Origin: a virus
Virus record (IMG/VR): IMGVR_UViG_3300032308_002775
Coordinates: 1-64,000 of that record
Length of the DNA: 64,000 nucleotides
Strand: one strand, 5' to 3'
Of the stretch, positions 9,290 to 18,046 are shown piece after piece (the first letter of the stretch is position 1; each line of letters starts with the position of its first letter). The notes under the pieces were generated by a model. That model ran no database searches and was not told the origin of the DNA. It saw only the letters and a program-made list of their open reading frames with translations. Position numbers and translations under genes: made by a program.

Positions 9290-9933
9290 TGGCTTACTCC
9301 TTTAATGGAAGTTCGCAATATCTTAGTTGCCCGACAGGCGACCTTTTCGCCGACCTGCCAATTACTCTGGCCTGCTGGTTTAAGACCGCATCAAACACAA
9401 CAAATCAGGGATTGCTCAACATCTGCGACGCCGCGACAGGCGGGCAAGGCATTCGCATGAATGCGCAGGGCGCTGTTGCCGGAGACCCCATTCGTATTTT
9501 GGCGGTTGGCACTGCGACAACAGCCGTTGATACAACAGCCGGTTTTACAGCGAACACATGGACGCATGCCTGCGGCGTTTTTGCGAGCACGACCAGCCGC
9601 ACGGTGTACATCAACGGCGGAAACGCGAATACAAATACCGCAAGTTCGTCAGCCACCGGCGAGAATCGTTTGTTTATGGGCGCCACCCGTGCCGCGTCCG
9701 CGTTTTCGGGCTATTTGAACGGCCACCTCGCCGAAGTGGGCGTATGGAACGCGGCGCTTACCGCCGCCGAAGTAGCTTCGCTCGCGACCGGTGTATCACC
9801 GCGGTTGATTCGGCCAGAGAGCCTGACGGTTTACGCGCCGTTGCTGCGCGAGCTTATCGACGTGGGCGGCGTGGTTACAATCACCAACAACGGCGCAGCC
9901 ACCGTCTCCGACCACACGCGAGTCTATTCATAA
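9289..9933 (+). CDS. LamG/concanavalin-A-like lectin domain protein
   Basis: FNGSSQYL, TLACWFK, WTHACGVF, VYING, LNGHLAEVGVWNAALTAAEV. Confidence 0.8.
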   Translation: MAYSFNGSSQYLSCPTGDLFADLPITLACWFKTASNTTNQGLLNICDAATGGQGIRMNAQGAVAGDPIRILAVGTATTAVDTTAGFTANTWTHACGVFASTTSRTVYINGGNANTNTASSSATGENRLFMGATRAASAFSGYLNGHLAEVGVWNAALTAAEVASLATGVSPRLIRPESLTVYAPLLRELIDVGGVVTITNNGAATVSDHTRVYS

Positions 9934-10349
9934 TGCTCTACTACAACATCGAAACATACGAACAGGTCGACATTCCCGAGTCGTTGCTCGCGACGTGGGC
10001 GGAGACGAACAATCCCAAGGCTGCGGGTTACCTGCCGGTGCCCGAGAAACCTGCCGAGAATGCCGTCTGGGGGCAGGGCGCGTGGCTTATTCCGCCGCCG
10101 GTCATTCCGGAGAGTGTGACGGCCCGGCAGATCCGGCTGTGGCTCGTGCAGCACGGATACAGTCTGGCGACTGTCGAGGCAGCGATTGAAGCTATTCCCG
10201 ACCCCCTGCAGCGCGACATCGTCCGCATTGAGTGGGAATACGCCCCCTACGTGGAGCGGTCGCACCCCATGGTCATGCCGATTGCCGCCGGTTTGGGCAT
10301 GACCGCCGAGGACGTCGACCAGGCGTTTATCGAAGGAAACCAGCTGTAA
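9933..10349 (+). CDS. Putative tail fibre assembly/accessory protein
   Basis: VTARQIRLWL...IEWEYA...LGMTAEDVDQAF; TAATG-coupled start at 9933. Confidence 0.6.
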   Translation: MLYYNIETYEQVDIPESLLATWAETNNPKAAGYLPVPEKPAENAVWGQGAWLIPPPVIPESVTARQIRLWLVQHGYSLATVEAAIEAIPDPLQRDIVRIEWEYAPYVERSHPMVMPIAAGLGMTAEDVDQAFIEGNQL

Positions 10350-10428
10350 GAGCCGGTCTCCGCCAGCCAGGTATACTGGGGCTCCGCTCGGCAGGGAAGC
10401 CGGGCGCCCCTCATAAGGGACCCTGAGC

Positions 10429-10785
10429 ATGGCGGCTCGTTTTTCGAAGTACCAGGCCCTGGTGCGCATGTTGAAGAAGCACTGTCCTCCCGCTTATCCG
10501 ATTTCGGTGAAGCGCAAAAAGCTGCCCAAAAAGCTTGAAGGTCGGTGCTGGAAGGACGGCAAGCGGTTCTTCATCGAGATCGATAAGTCGATCGACGAAT
10601 ACCGAACCATGGACGTACTACTTCACGAGTGGGCGCACGCCAAGGCCTGGAACCACATGCTGGATGCCGCCAAGGACGACGAGGCGTTCAACAAGCTGGC
10701 CCACGACGCCGCCTGGGGCGTGGCCTATGCCGAGGTCTACTGCGTGTACGAACAGCAGTTCATTCCAGCCGTGTCCCGGATTTGA
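10429..10785 (+). CDS. Small HExxH metallopeptidase-like protein
   Basis: LLHEWAH, with downstream H..AWG. Confidence 0.65.
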   Translation: MAARFSKYQALVRMLKKHCPPAYPISVKRKKLPKKLEGRCWKDGKRFFIEIDKSIDEYRTMDVLLHEWAHAKAWNHMLDAAKDDEAFNKLAHDAAWGVAYAEVYCVYEQQFIPAVSRI

Positions 10786-10805
10786 AAGATATCTTTGAGG
10801 CTGGC

Positions 10806-11012
10806 ATGATCCTGGGACTCTGCTACGCCTGCGACTCCAAGACCGTGGAGATTCGCGGCAAGCGCGTTTGCCAGAATTGCGATATGATCTTGGAGACTTG
10901 CTGCGAGGGTGGCCCTTGTAGCTATTCTCCTGGAGAAGCGGCGCATGACGCTGGACGAGCTGATTTTGAAAGTGGAAGACTGGGCGGAAGCGCGGAAGAT
11001 CGTTCCGAATAG
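10806..11012 (+). CDS. Possible small Cys-rich (Zn-ribbon) protein
   Basis: CYAC...CQNC...CCEG after GAGG; overlaps the next gene. Confidence 0.4.
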   Translation: MILGLCYACDSKTVEIRGKRVCQNCDMILETCCEGGPCSYSPGEAAHDAGRADFESGRLGGSAEDRSE

Positions 11013-11247
11013 CACGCCCGAGGCGCAGCTGCTTAAGTGCATGAGCGAGCTGGGCGAGCTGGCCGACGCAACGCTCAAGAACGACATGCCCGAAAGAATC
11101 GATGGCTTGGGCGACGTGCTGGTCACGTTGATTATCTACGCGCGGCTCTCTGGCCTGAGTTTGCGTGCGTCGCTCGAGAGCGCCTACAACACGATCAAGG
11201 ACCGCAAGGGCACGCTCATGCCCAACGGCGTATTTGTGAAGGAGTAA
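10945..11247 (+). CDS. MazG-like nucleotide pyrophosphohydrolase
   Basis: KCMSELGELADA...DGLGDVLVTL...AYNTIKDRKG. Confidence 0.85.
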   Translation: MTLDELILKVEDWAEARKIVPNSTPEAQLLKCMSELGELADATLKNDMPERIDGLGDVLVTLIIYARLSGLSLRASLESAYNTIKDRKGTLMPNGVFVKE

Positions 11248-11251
11248 ACAC

Positions 11252-11503
11252 ATGCCGCACGAAATCACAACCACAATAACGAAAGACGAAATTGCGGCGC
11301 TCGATCGAGCTTGGGTGTTTCTTGGCCGGTTTAACGATTTGCGCAGCTCAAATGCAACATCCGCGGAACAGTATCGGCGTATGTTGCAGTTGCTCGGCTT
11401 AGACACACTTGCTGAAGCTTTGGTTGCAGACGAAAAAACGTTTAAGCATTTTTTAGTGCGGCTTGATACGGCGCAGGAAAAAAAGGAAAAAAGCAATGGC
11501 TGA
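11252..11503 (+). CDS. Hypothetical protein
   Basis: ORF with AAGGAG ribosome-binding site. Confidence 0.55.
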   Translation: MPHEITTTITKDEIAALDRAWVFLGRFNDLRSSNATSAEQYRRMLQLLGLDTLAEALVADEKTFKHFLVRLDTAQEKKEKSNG

Positions 11504-11924
11504 ACCCGCCAAAAGATTCATTCTCAACGTCGAGCAGCGCGTCTACGTGGAGAAATCCTGGGGCCATGAGGATTGGATCTACAACGGCCGGTATTGCGGC
11601 AAAAAGCTGCACGTCCGGAAGGGCAAGGAATGCTCGTTCCACTACCACCGGGTCAAGGACGAGGTGATGTACCTCGAGTCTGGTAAAATCCTGCTTACGT
11701 ACGGCTGGGACGAGGACCTGAGCCATGCGGCGCAGATTACCCTGACGCCGGACATGGCGTTCCATATTCCGCCCGGAATGTGGCACAAGTTCCAAGGCCT
11801 GGAAGAGTCAGTAATCACGGAGTTCAGCACGCACCACAACGACAAGGACGTGGTGCGCGCGGGCAAAGACGGCATGGAGGCCGCCGACGATGAAGAAGCG
11901 GAAGAAGCAGGCGCCGTTAGGTAA
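11496..11924 (+). CDS. Cupin (mannose-6-phosphate isomerase-like)
   Basis: VEKSWGHE, SFHYHRVKDE, HIPPGMWHKF, EFSTHH. Confidence 0.8.
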   Translation: MAEPAKRFILNVEQRVYVEKSWGHEDWIYNGRYCGKKLHVRKGKECSFHYHRVKDEVMYLESGKILLTYGWDEDLSHAAQITLTPDMAFHIPPGMWHKFQGLEESVITEFSTHHNDKDVVRAGKDGMEAADDEEAEEAGAVR

Positions 11925-14900
11925 TTCTCCCCTGGAATTCGGCATCAAGTTCGCCCAGGGTCCGGCGACGCTAAAACCGGCCGCCACGCCGCCGTCCAAT
12001 GCCCTGCTGCCGTACAACATTCAGGGCTTTGGCGGCACGAGCAGTGCGCTGACCACTCCGCCTCCTGCGCCGCCCGCGAGAACGCCCGCTGTAAATTTCG
12101 CGCGGCGACTGGCCGACCCTACGCCGTTGATTCCAGGTCCGGCAAGCAGTCCAAAACCGCAGCCGCGGACCAACGCGCTAACAGCGTACAACACGTATGG
12201 CGCGGCAGGTCGCGACCTGGAGAACCAGGCGCTTGCGCAGGCCGCGCCTAGTGCGCCCAAGCCACCGGCGAACGCGACTCGCGCCGTAGATTTGGCTCGG
12301 CGACTGGCGGACCCGCGGCCTTTGATTCCGAGGCCGCCCATCAATCCGCAAACCAGCGCCTTGAATGCGTACAACACGTATGGCGCGGCAGGTCGCGACC
12401 TGGAGAACCAGGCGCTTGCGCAGGCAACAGCGCCGCCGCCACCCGCGGCGCCGCCTACGCCGATTCAGCAGGAGCTGCGCGCTCGGCAGACAGCGCTCGC
12501 GGAAGCCCGCGCGCGAAGTGAAGCGGCGGCCCGCGCCGAATCGGGCGACTGGTGGGCCAACCAGCTATCCGCCACCGACTACCTGACGGACGGTGGTGCG
12601 CGTTCCTTTGGCGAGAACGTGGCGTATCCCGCGCGGCAGGCGGTTGGGCAGGGCGTGGGCGCTGTTTCTCAGACTTTGAAAAACCAGGGCGTTCGCGGCG
12701 CCGGTCTTAGCAACACGATCAACTCTGGCATTGGCCAGTGGGGCAAGTGGCTCACGTCGCCGTGGAGCGCGCCCAAGCCGTTTACAGACGCCGAGCTCAA
12801 GGATTACCGCGCGCTGCAGGCGGCGAATACGCTGGGCGAACGCCGGATGACGCCTGAAGAGTTGTCGCGGGCGTCGGCCTACGATGAGCGGCAACGCGCG
12901 TTGAATCAGGAAAGAGTTCGCCAGGACTACTGGGATACCTATTCGACGCAGGCTGTGAACGATTCCGACAAGGCGTTTGCTACGGCGAAAGAAGTCACCG
13001 ATATGCTCGATCGGGGCGACAGCTTCGACGGCGTCAAGGCCGAGATCGTCAAGAGTCCAGGCGGCCAGCAACAGGTCGCCACTGTTCCCGTAGACCCGAT
13101 TCTCCGGGAGAAGCAGCGGCTGAACGAGCAGGCGGGCTACAACGAGTCGCCCTCGACGCTGGGCGCGCTCAGCAACGTCACGTATGGCGTAGGCGACGCG
13201 GCCTCGCAAGCGGCGCCGGGCATGATGGCGCTCAGTGGTGTGGGCACTGCAGCTAACACGGTCAGAGCGCTCAATGCTGCGCGGGCAGGTGGCGCCATGG
13301 CCGGACTGAATACGGCTGCAAACAGCGCCAACATGTTCAACCCGGCGGTGACGTTGAATCCGTTGAACGTCACAACGCTGCCTGGCGCGTTGGGGTACGG
13401 CGGCGCGATGATTGGCGGGGCAACCGCGGCGCCTGGTCTTGCGGAAGCCTTTGGCTCGAACGACGCGCAGCAACAAATGGATGCAGGCGCGGGACTGTTT
13501 AACAATAGCTTGACAGGCGGATTTTTGGGGACCGCCGCCGGGTCGCTCGCGCCCGCCGCGCTTGCTAATCGCGTCTATCCTGCCACCGCGGCCGCGACGC
13601 AGGCGACTACCGCAGCGGCGCCCGCGAGCAGCCTGCTGAATCGGGCGGTTGCCACGGCCGCGCCGCCTGTTGCCGTGGGTGCGGCGGCCGGGTATGCCGA
13701 CGGCGCGCGCAGAGACGCGCAAATGCAGGCCGACGACCAGGCGAGCGAGGTAGAGCCTAACGCGCAAGCGATTGCCGAGCAGCAGCAACAGCCAGGCGCA
13801 GCCAGCACTCTGGACATGGATCGCATTTCGCCTGCGTTTGCGGGCGCTGCTTCCAGGGTCAATGCAGGTAAGGGAACTGGCCAGGTCGGAACGCCGGTGA
13901 TGGGGCGACCTGATCTTGGGCAGCAGGGCGTCGTTCGGACCGAAGAAGATTCGGATTTTTACAACTGGATGCAGAGCAGCGACGCTTATCGCACGCCTGA
14001 CGGCAAGCCGGGCGCGATCGAGACGCAGGCGCTTGGCGCGGGCCAGGCAGCGTACAACGACGTTTTCCAGAAGACAGGCAGCAAGCAACAGGCGCTCGAG
14101 GCGCAGCAGGTGGCTTACGCGCAGACGTACACCGGCGCGTATCGCAAAGATCAGTCCGCGCAGTATGAGACCAGCGCGCAGCAGCTTGAGAAGCTGTTTG
14201 GCGACAACGCACCGCCCGAGCAGATTCAGACGCAGGCGCAGAAGACGATGCAGCATCTGGTGCGCTCTGACCCGCAAAACGCGGAGCAGGTTAAGCAGTA
14301 CACCCAGTGGCTCGATGCGCAGCAACGCGGCGAGCCGGTCGATAATCCTGCGGCCGTGGCCACCGATGAGGCCGCCCGCAAGAGCTTTGCTGCGCAGGCG
14401 GCGAAGGCCGCGCCTGCTGCAGGTGCAGCGCAAAATGATCCCAACGCGTTCGGTCAGTACATGGGCGGGATCATGGACCAGTTCAACAATCTGCCCACTG
14501 AGGCCAAGGCGGCGATCGGCATCGGCCTGCCGCTGGCGCTGGTGGGAATGCTCATGAATGCTTCCGGCGAGGGCGGCGGGCTGGACGGCATGTTATTTAC
14601 GGTCCTCGGCCTGGGCGCTGCCGGTTTGGGCGCTGCCGGTTCAGGCATGCTTGGCGACGGCGCACAGCAAATGGTCGGCAGCGGAATCGGCGGCCTGGCC
14701 AAGCTTTTTGGCGCGAACATTCCCAAGGACGGCGTGGACCTCTCGGCGCTTCTGTCCAAGGACGTCGTGGGGGACATCACCGCGCAGGCAGGCGGAGGCG
14801 GCGTCGGCGGCAAACTTAACGCTCTCTGGAACCTGGCCTCGGGCAACGCCGACGTCGAGGGCAAGCTGAAGCAGGTCGATCAGCTCAAGCAGCTCACCAG

Positions 14901-15162
14901 TCTGCCGAGCTTCATTGCCATTCCGATGTTGCGCTCGCTCGACCCCAAAAACATCCAGACGGCCGAGCAGGCGCAGCTGGCGTACAACAACGCCATGAAA
15001 CTTCGTCAGCAGCTCGACGACCCGAAATCGCAACTGGCGCAGATGATTAATCAGGGGCGGCAACTGGTAGACTCTAAGAAGCAACTCGCCGCCGGTGTCG
15101 ACAAGGCCAAAAGCTGGGCCAGCGATGGTTGGAACAAGGTTGTAGGCGCATTTGGAGGATAA
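11890..15162 (+). CDS. Large Ala/Gly/Gln-rich protein, putative internal virion/ejection protein
   Basis: 1090 aa; Pro-rich duplicated N-terminal segment; Gly-rich hydrophobic segments; GGAGG upstream. Confidence 0.6.
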   Translation: MKKRKKQAPLGNSPLEFGIKFAQGPATLKPAATPPSNALLPYNIQGFGGTSSALTTPPPAPPARTPAVNFARRLADPTPLIPGPASSPKPQPRTNALTAYNTYGAAGRDLENQALAQAAPSAPKPPANATRAVDLARRLADPRPLIPRPPINPQTSALNAYNTYGAAGRDLENQALAQATAPPPPAAPPTPIQQELRARQTALAEARARSEAAARAESGDWWANQLSATDYLTDGGARSFGENVAYPARQAVGQGVGAVSQTLKNQGVRGAGLSNTINSGIGQWGKWLTSPWSAPKPFTDAELKDYRALQAANTLGERRMTPEELSRASAYDERQRALNQERVRQDYWDTYSTQAVNDSDKAFATAKEVTDMLDRGDSFDGVKAEIVKSPGGQQQVATVPVDPILREKQRLNEQAGYNESPSTLGALSNVTYGVGDAASQAAPGMMALSGVGTAANTVRALNAARAGGAMAGLNTAANSANMFNPAVTLNPLNVTTLPGALGYGGAMIGGATAAPGLAEAFGSNDAQQQMDAGAGLFNNSLTGGFLGTAAGSLAPAALANRVYPATAAATQATTAAAPASSLLNRAVATAAPPVAVGAAAGYADGARRDAQMQADDQASEVEPNAQAIAEQQQQPGAASTLDMDRISPAFAGAASRVNAGKGTGQVGTPVMGRPDLGQQGVVRTEEDSDFYNWMQSSDAYRTPDGKPGAIETQALGAGQAAYNDVFQKTGSKQQALEAQQVAYAQTYTGAYRKDQSAQYETSAQQLEKLFGDNAPPEQIQTQAQKTMQHLVRSDPQNAEQVKQYTQWLDAQQRGEPVDNPAAVATDEAARKSFAAQAAKAAPAAGAAQNDPNAFGQYMGGIMDQFNNLPTEAKAAIGIGLPLALVGMLMNASGEGGGLDGMLFTVLGLGAAGLGAAGSGMLGDGAQQMVGSGIGGLAKLFGANIPKDGVDLSALLSKDVVGDITAQAGGGGVGGKLNALWNLASGNADVEGKLKQVDQLKQLTSLPSFIAIPMLRSLDPKNIQTAEQAQLAYNNAMKLRQQLDDPKSQLAQMINQGRQLVDSKKQLAAGVDKAKSWASDGWNKVVGAFGG
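12184..12425 (+). repeat. 59-bp exact direct repeat (12184-12242 and 12367-12425)
   Basis: Both copies encode AYNTYGAAGRDLENQALAQA. Confidence 0.9.
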
Positions 15163-15163
15163 C

Positions 15164-15733
15164 ATGTCGAACTTTCGCGAACTTTACACGCAGTGGGCTG
15201 AGAAGCAGGCGGCCGTTGAGCTCGCCATGAAGGCTGCGCGCTGCTGGTCCGGTTACGAGCCGGTGCCGGGTAAGGCGCCTTACAGCGAAGACTCCTGCCG
15301 CCCGGTCGGCAGCAAGAAGAAGAAGGAAAAGACTAAAGAAAAGAAGGCCGCCAACTCGGCTTTCCCGGCCTCCGGTCGCCCGACGATGACGCAGATGGCG
15401 CCGAAGCCTGCCGGTGCGCCGGTAGCCAAGCGTGTTTTCCCCACGAACTACAAGTACCACTCGGAAGGCCAAGCGGCAGCGGACGCTGCCGCAAAGAAGC
15501 GCGGGCAGAATATGCCCGCTCCGGTCAACACGGTGGTCAAAGGTTCGTCGGTGCGCGCCGCCGTGAAGTGGGCGGCCACGACCGTCTACAAGCTCACCGA
15601 GAAGAAAGATGAGCCCGTGGTTAACGGCGCGAAGCCGTCGCACGAGTGCTCGAAGCAGGTCGAGGTGAAGCGCCCCGAGCCCAGCAAAAGCGAAGACCTT
15701 CGGCCCGAGGAAGTGCAGCCGAGCAAGTCGTAA
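15164..15733 (+). CDS. Hypothetical protein with CWxGY...C motif (putative head protein)
   Basis: RCWSGYEPVPGKAPYSEDSCRP; GGAGG upstream. Confidence 0.6.
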   Translation: MSNFRELYTQWAEKQAAVELAMKAARCWSGYEPVPGKAPYSEDSCRPVGSKKKKEKTKEKKAANSAFPASGRPTMTQMAPKPAGAPVAKRVFPTNYKYHSEGQAAADAAAKKRGQNMPAPVNTVVKGSSVRAAVKWAATTVYKLTEKKDEPVVNGAKPSHECSKQVEVKRPEPSKSEDLRPEEVQPSKS

Positions 15734-15775
15734 TAGATATCTTTCCCGCCTGCCACGGAAAGGAATCCTGGCGTC

Positions 15776-16492
15776 ATGCGGAAACAACCAGCGCGGGCCG
15801 CGGAAAAGAAAACCGCTGAGAAAGCCCGCCGCCGACAAGAGCGCCAGCAAACCCGCGAACAGCAGGTGCGCCAGCCGCTTGAAATCACCTGGCGCACGCC
15901 AGCCCAGAAGTCGGCCTGGGAAGCGTTGGAAAATAACCTCGTCACGTTTCTTCTCGGCTCTGCCGGTTCCGGCAAGACGTTTCTCGCAATGGCGTACGCG
16001 CTGAATGCCGTACTGACCAACCAGGTCGAAAAGATCGTGCTCACCCGGCCGATCGTCGAGGCGGGCGAGAAGCTGGGCTATCTCCCGGGCACCTTTGGCG
16101 AGAAGGTCAACCCGTACATGCAGCCGCTGTACGACGCCATGGACGCCCTGGTCGGCAAGCAGTCGGCCAAGCGGGAGCTGATCAACAAGGCCGTGGTGCT
16201 GGCGCCCTTGTGCTACATGCGGGGTCGCACGTTCAACAACGCCATCTGCGTCTTTGACGAGGCCCAGAACGCGACCTACGGCCAGCTCAAGCTGTTTCTG
16301 TCGCGCTTCGGCGAGAGCAGCAAGATGATTATCACAGGCGACCCGCAGCAGTCCGACCTGCCGTTCTCACCGCCTCCGCTCAAAGAAGTCGTTGGTAAGC
16401 TGGAGAAGGCCAAGAACATTACGGCGATACAGTTTGCCAACAGCGACGTCGTACGGCATCCGATCGTCTCGACCATTCTGGAACGGTTGTAG
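15776..16492 (+). CDS. phoH: PhoH-like ATPase
   Basis: GSAGSGKT, LTRP, LGYLPG, YMRGRTF, DEAQN, GDPQQSD, VRHP. Confidence 0.95.
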   Translation: MRKQPARAAEKKTAEKARRRQERQQTREQQVRQPLEITWRTPAQKSAWEALENNLVTFLLGSAGSGKTFLAMAYALNAVLTNQVEKIVLTRPIVEAGEKLGYLPGTFGEKVNPYMQPLYDAMDALVGKQSAKRELINKAVVLAPLCYMRGRTFNNAICVFDEAQNATYGQLKLFLSRFGESSKMIITGDPQQSDLPFSPPPLKEVVGKLEKAKNITAIQFANSDVVRHPIVSTILERL

Positions 16493-16498
16493 TTTCGC

Positions 16499-16526
16499 TT
16501 GACCTATACACGGGTCGCGCTACACT
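16499..16526 (+). promoter_or_regulatory. sigma70-like promoter (TTGACC-N16-TACACT)
   Basis: Intergenic, upstream of ORF 16569. Confidence 0.5.
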
Positions 16527-16568
16527 CGTGCCACCGCGTGAATTCGTCGCGCGGCCGCAGGAGGCGTT

Positions 16569-17240
16569 ATGTCGGCAACGGCGTGCCGGTACGAGACAAT
16601 TGCGGTTGAGTTTACGCAGGAAGAACGAAAGCTGGTGGCGCATCACGCAGAGCAGGCCAGGCTGCCCGTGGGTCGCTCGAAGATCTTCACAGGCAGCCCC
16701 GACCAGCTTGCCCTGCGCGAGCAGGAGCGCGGCGAAAACCAGTACGTCGGCATGGGCGTCGAGGCGGCGCTTTCGAAGTGGGGCGACTTCCTGGGCGCGG
16801 GCGGTTTCAACGCTTTCGTAACGCGTCGCGAGCTGCGCAACCAGAACAAGTTCGCCGGTGACAACGGCGTGGACTGTTATCTGCTCGACGGCAAGGTTCC
16901 GGTCGACACCAAGGGCTCCGAGCCGCCCAAGGGCTGGGTCTTTGACGAGGACACGGCGATGAAGCTGTGCCTGACCCACGAGCGCGACATGCCGCTCGAA
17001 AAGATGCGCGACATCGTCTACGTGTTTGGTCTGACCGAGCGGGCCCACGGCGAAGAGTGCCTGGCGCCCTACGTCGTGCTCCTGGTGGGCTGGCTTTACG
17101 GCCACGAGCTGCATGGTCGGGAGGACCGCGCGTTTCTTAAAGGGTGGTCGGCCGAGGGGCGTTCGCTCCGCAAGATGCACACGCTGCAGGGCTGTTTGCA
17201 GGCCAAGCTGCCCGTTGCGCCCGTTATCGAGACGGCATAG
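16569..17240 (+). CDS. Hypothetical protein, possibly PD-(D/E)xK nuclease-like
   Basis: E...GVD...VDTK spacing; GGAGG upstream. Confidence 0.45.
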   Translation: MSATACRYETIAVEFTQEERKLVAHHAEQARLPVGRSKIFTGSPDQLALREQERGENQYVGMGVEAALSKWGDFLGAGGFNAFVTRRELRNQNKFAGDNGVDCYLLDGKVPVDTKGSEPPKGWVFDEDTAMKLCLTHERDMPLEKMRDIVYVFGLTERAHGEECLAPYVVLLVGWLYGHELHGREDRAFLKGWSAEGRSLRKMHTLQGCLQAKLPVAPVIETA

Positions 17241-17569
17241 ACTTTTCGTGACGGTTCTGCCCCACACGGAGGACATATGCGGGAGAGGCGCAGGGAGGCG
17301 GTCCCGAGCTGGCCGCGGTCGTCACAAGCGATCGCGCCGCGACGGAAAGAGTACTTGCGGGAGCGGCCTTCCGAACCGGGCCGTGTCTGTACCCCATCGG
17401 GCAGCCGGGGTGCCGGGATGCTGCGGAAAGATATCTTTTCGCGCTTAACGCTGGTTGCTGGGTTTCCAACGCCGTCCGAGCGCCTCCTTCGCCCCAACGA
17501 CACACGAGCACAAGCAGGACGCGAGCGGTCCTGCTGCCAGCGCCCAGCCCGTTTTCTTGGAGTCACGCA

Positions 17570-18046
17570 ATGAAGATTGAACAGTTTCTGGAATTGATGA
17601 ACGAAGACCTGATGCGCGAGTGGACGCATCTGAAGTTTTATCTTTACCACGCCAGCGCCGTGACCGGCCTGCATGCCGTTGAGTTTCGCGAGTGGCTCAC
17701 CAGCGCAGCCAAGGGCGAGCTGGAGCACGTTCAACAGTTTCTGGACCGGCTGTTTGGCTTGAGCTATCAGCGCCCAGCGCAGAGCTCGCACGATTTTCCG
17801 CGGCTCCTCCTGCCCGCCGACATCCTGGCATACGCGGCCAAGCTGGAAAACGAAGTCGTCGTGAACTACACCGAGCGGCTCAAACAGCTCGAACTGCTCG
17901 AGCATCCTGCGGCGGCGTACCTGAAGGTGTTTTACGAGGATCATCTCCAGGACAGCTTCGAGGATTGCGAACGCATTCTGCGCATGCTCAACGGCGAGGT
18001 TGGCGAGGCGCATATCCGCCAGTATCGGTATATTCCCAAAGACTAA
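17570..18046 (+). CDS. Ferritin/bacterioferritin-like protein
   Basis: DLMREW...Y...ELEH...LENEVVVNY four-helix di-iron pattern. Confidence 0.75.
   Translation: MKIEQFLELMNEDLMREWTHLKFYLYHASAVTGLHAVEFREWLTSAAKGELEHVQQFLDRLFGLSYQRPAQSSHDFPRLLLPADILAYAAKLENEVVVNYTERLKQLELLEHPAAAYLKVFYEDHLQDSFEDCERILRMLNGEVGEAHIRQYRYIPKD

Noticed and set aside
4247-9933. Diversity-generating retroelement acting on the fibres
   Set aside because: No reverse transcriptase and no adenine-specific TR/VR pair seen.
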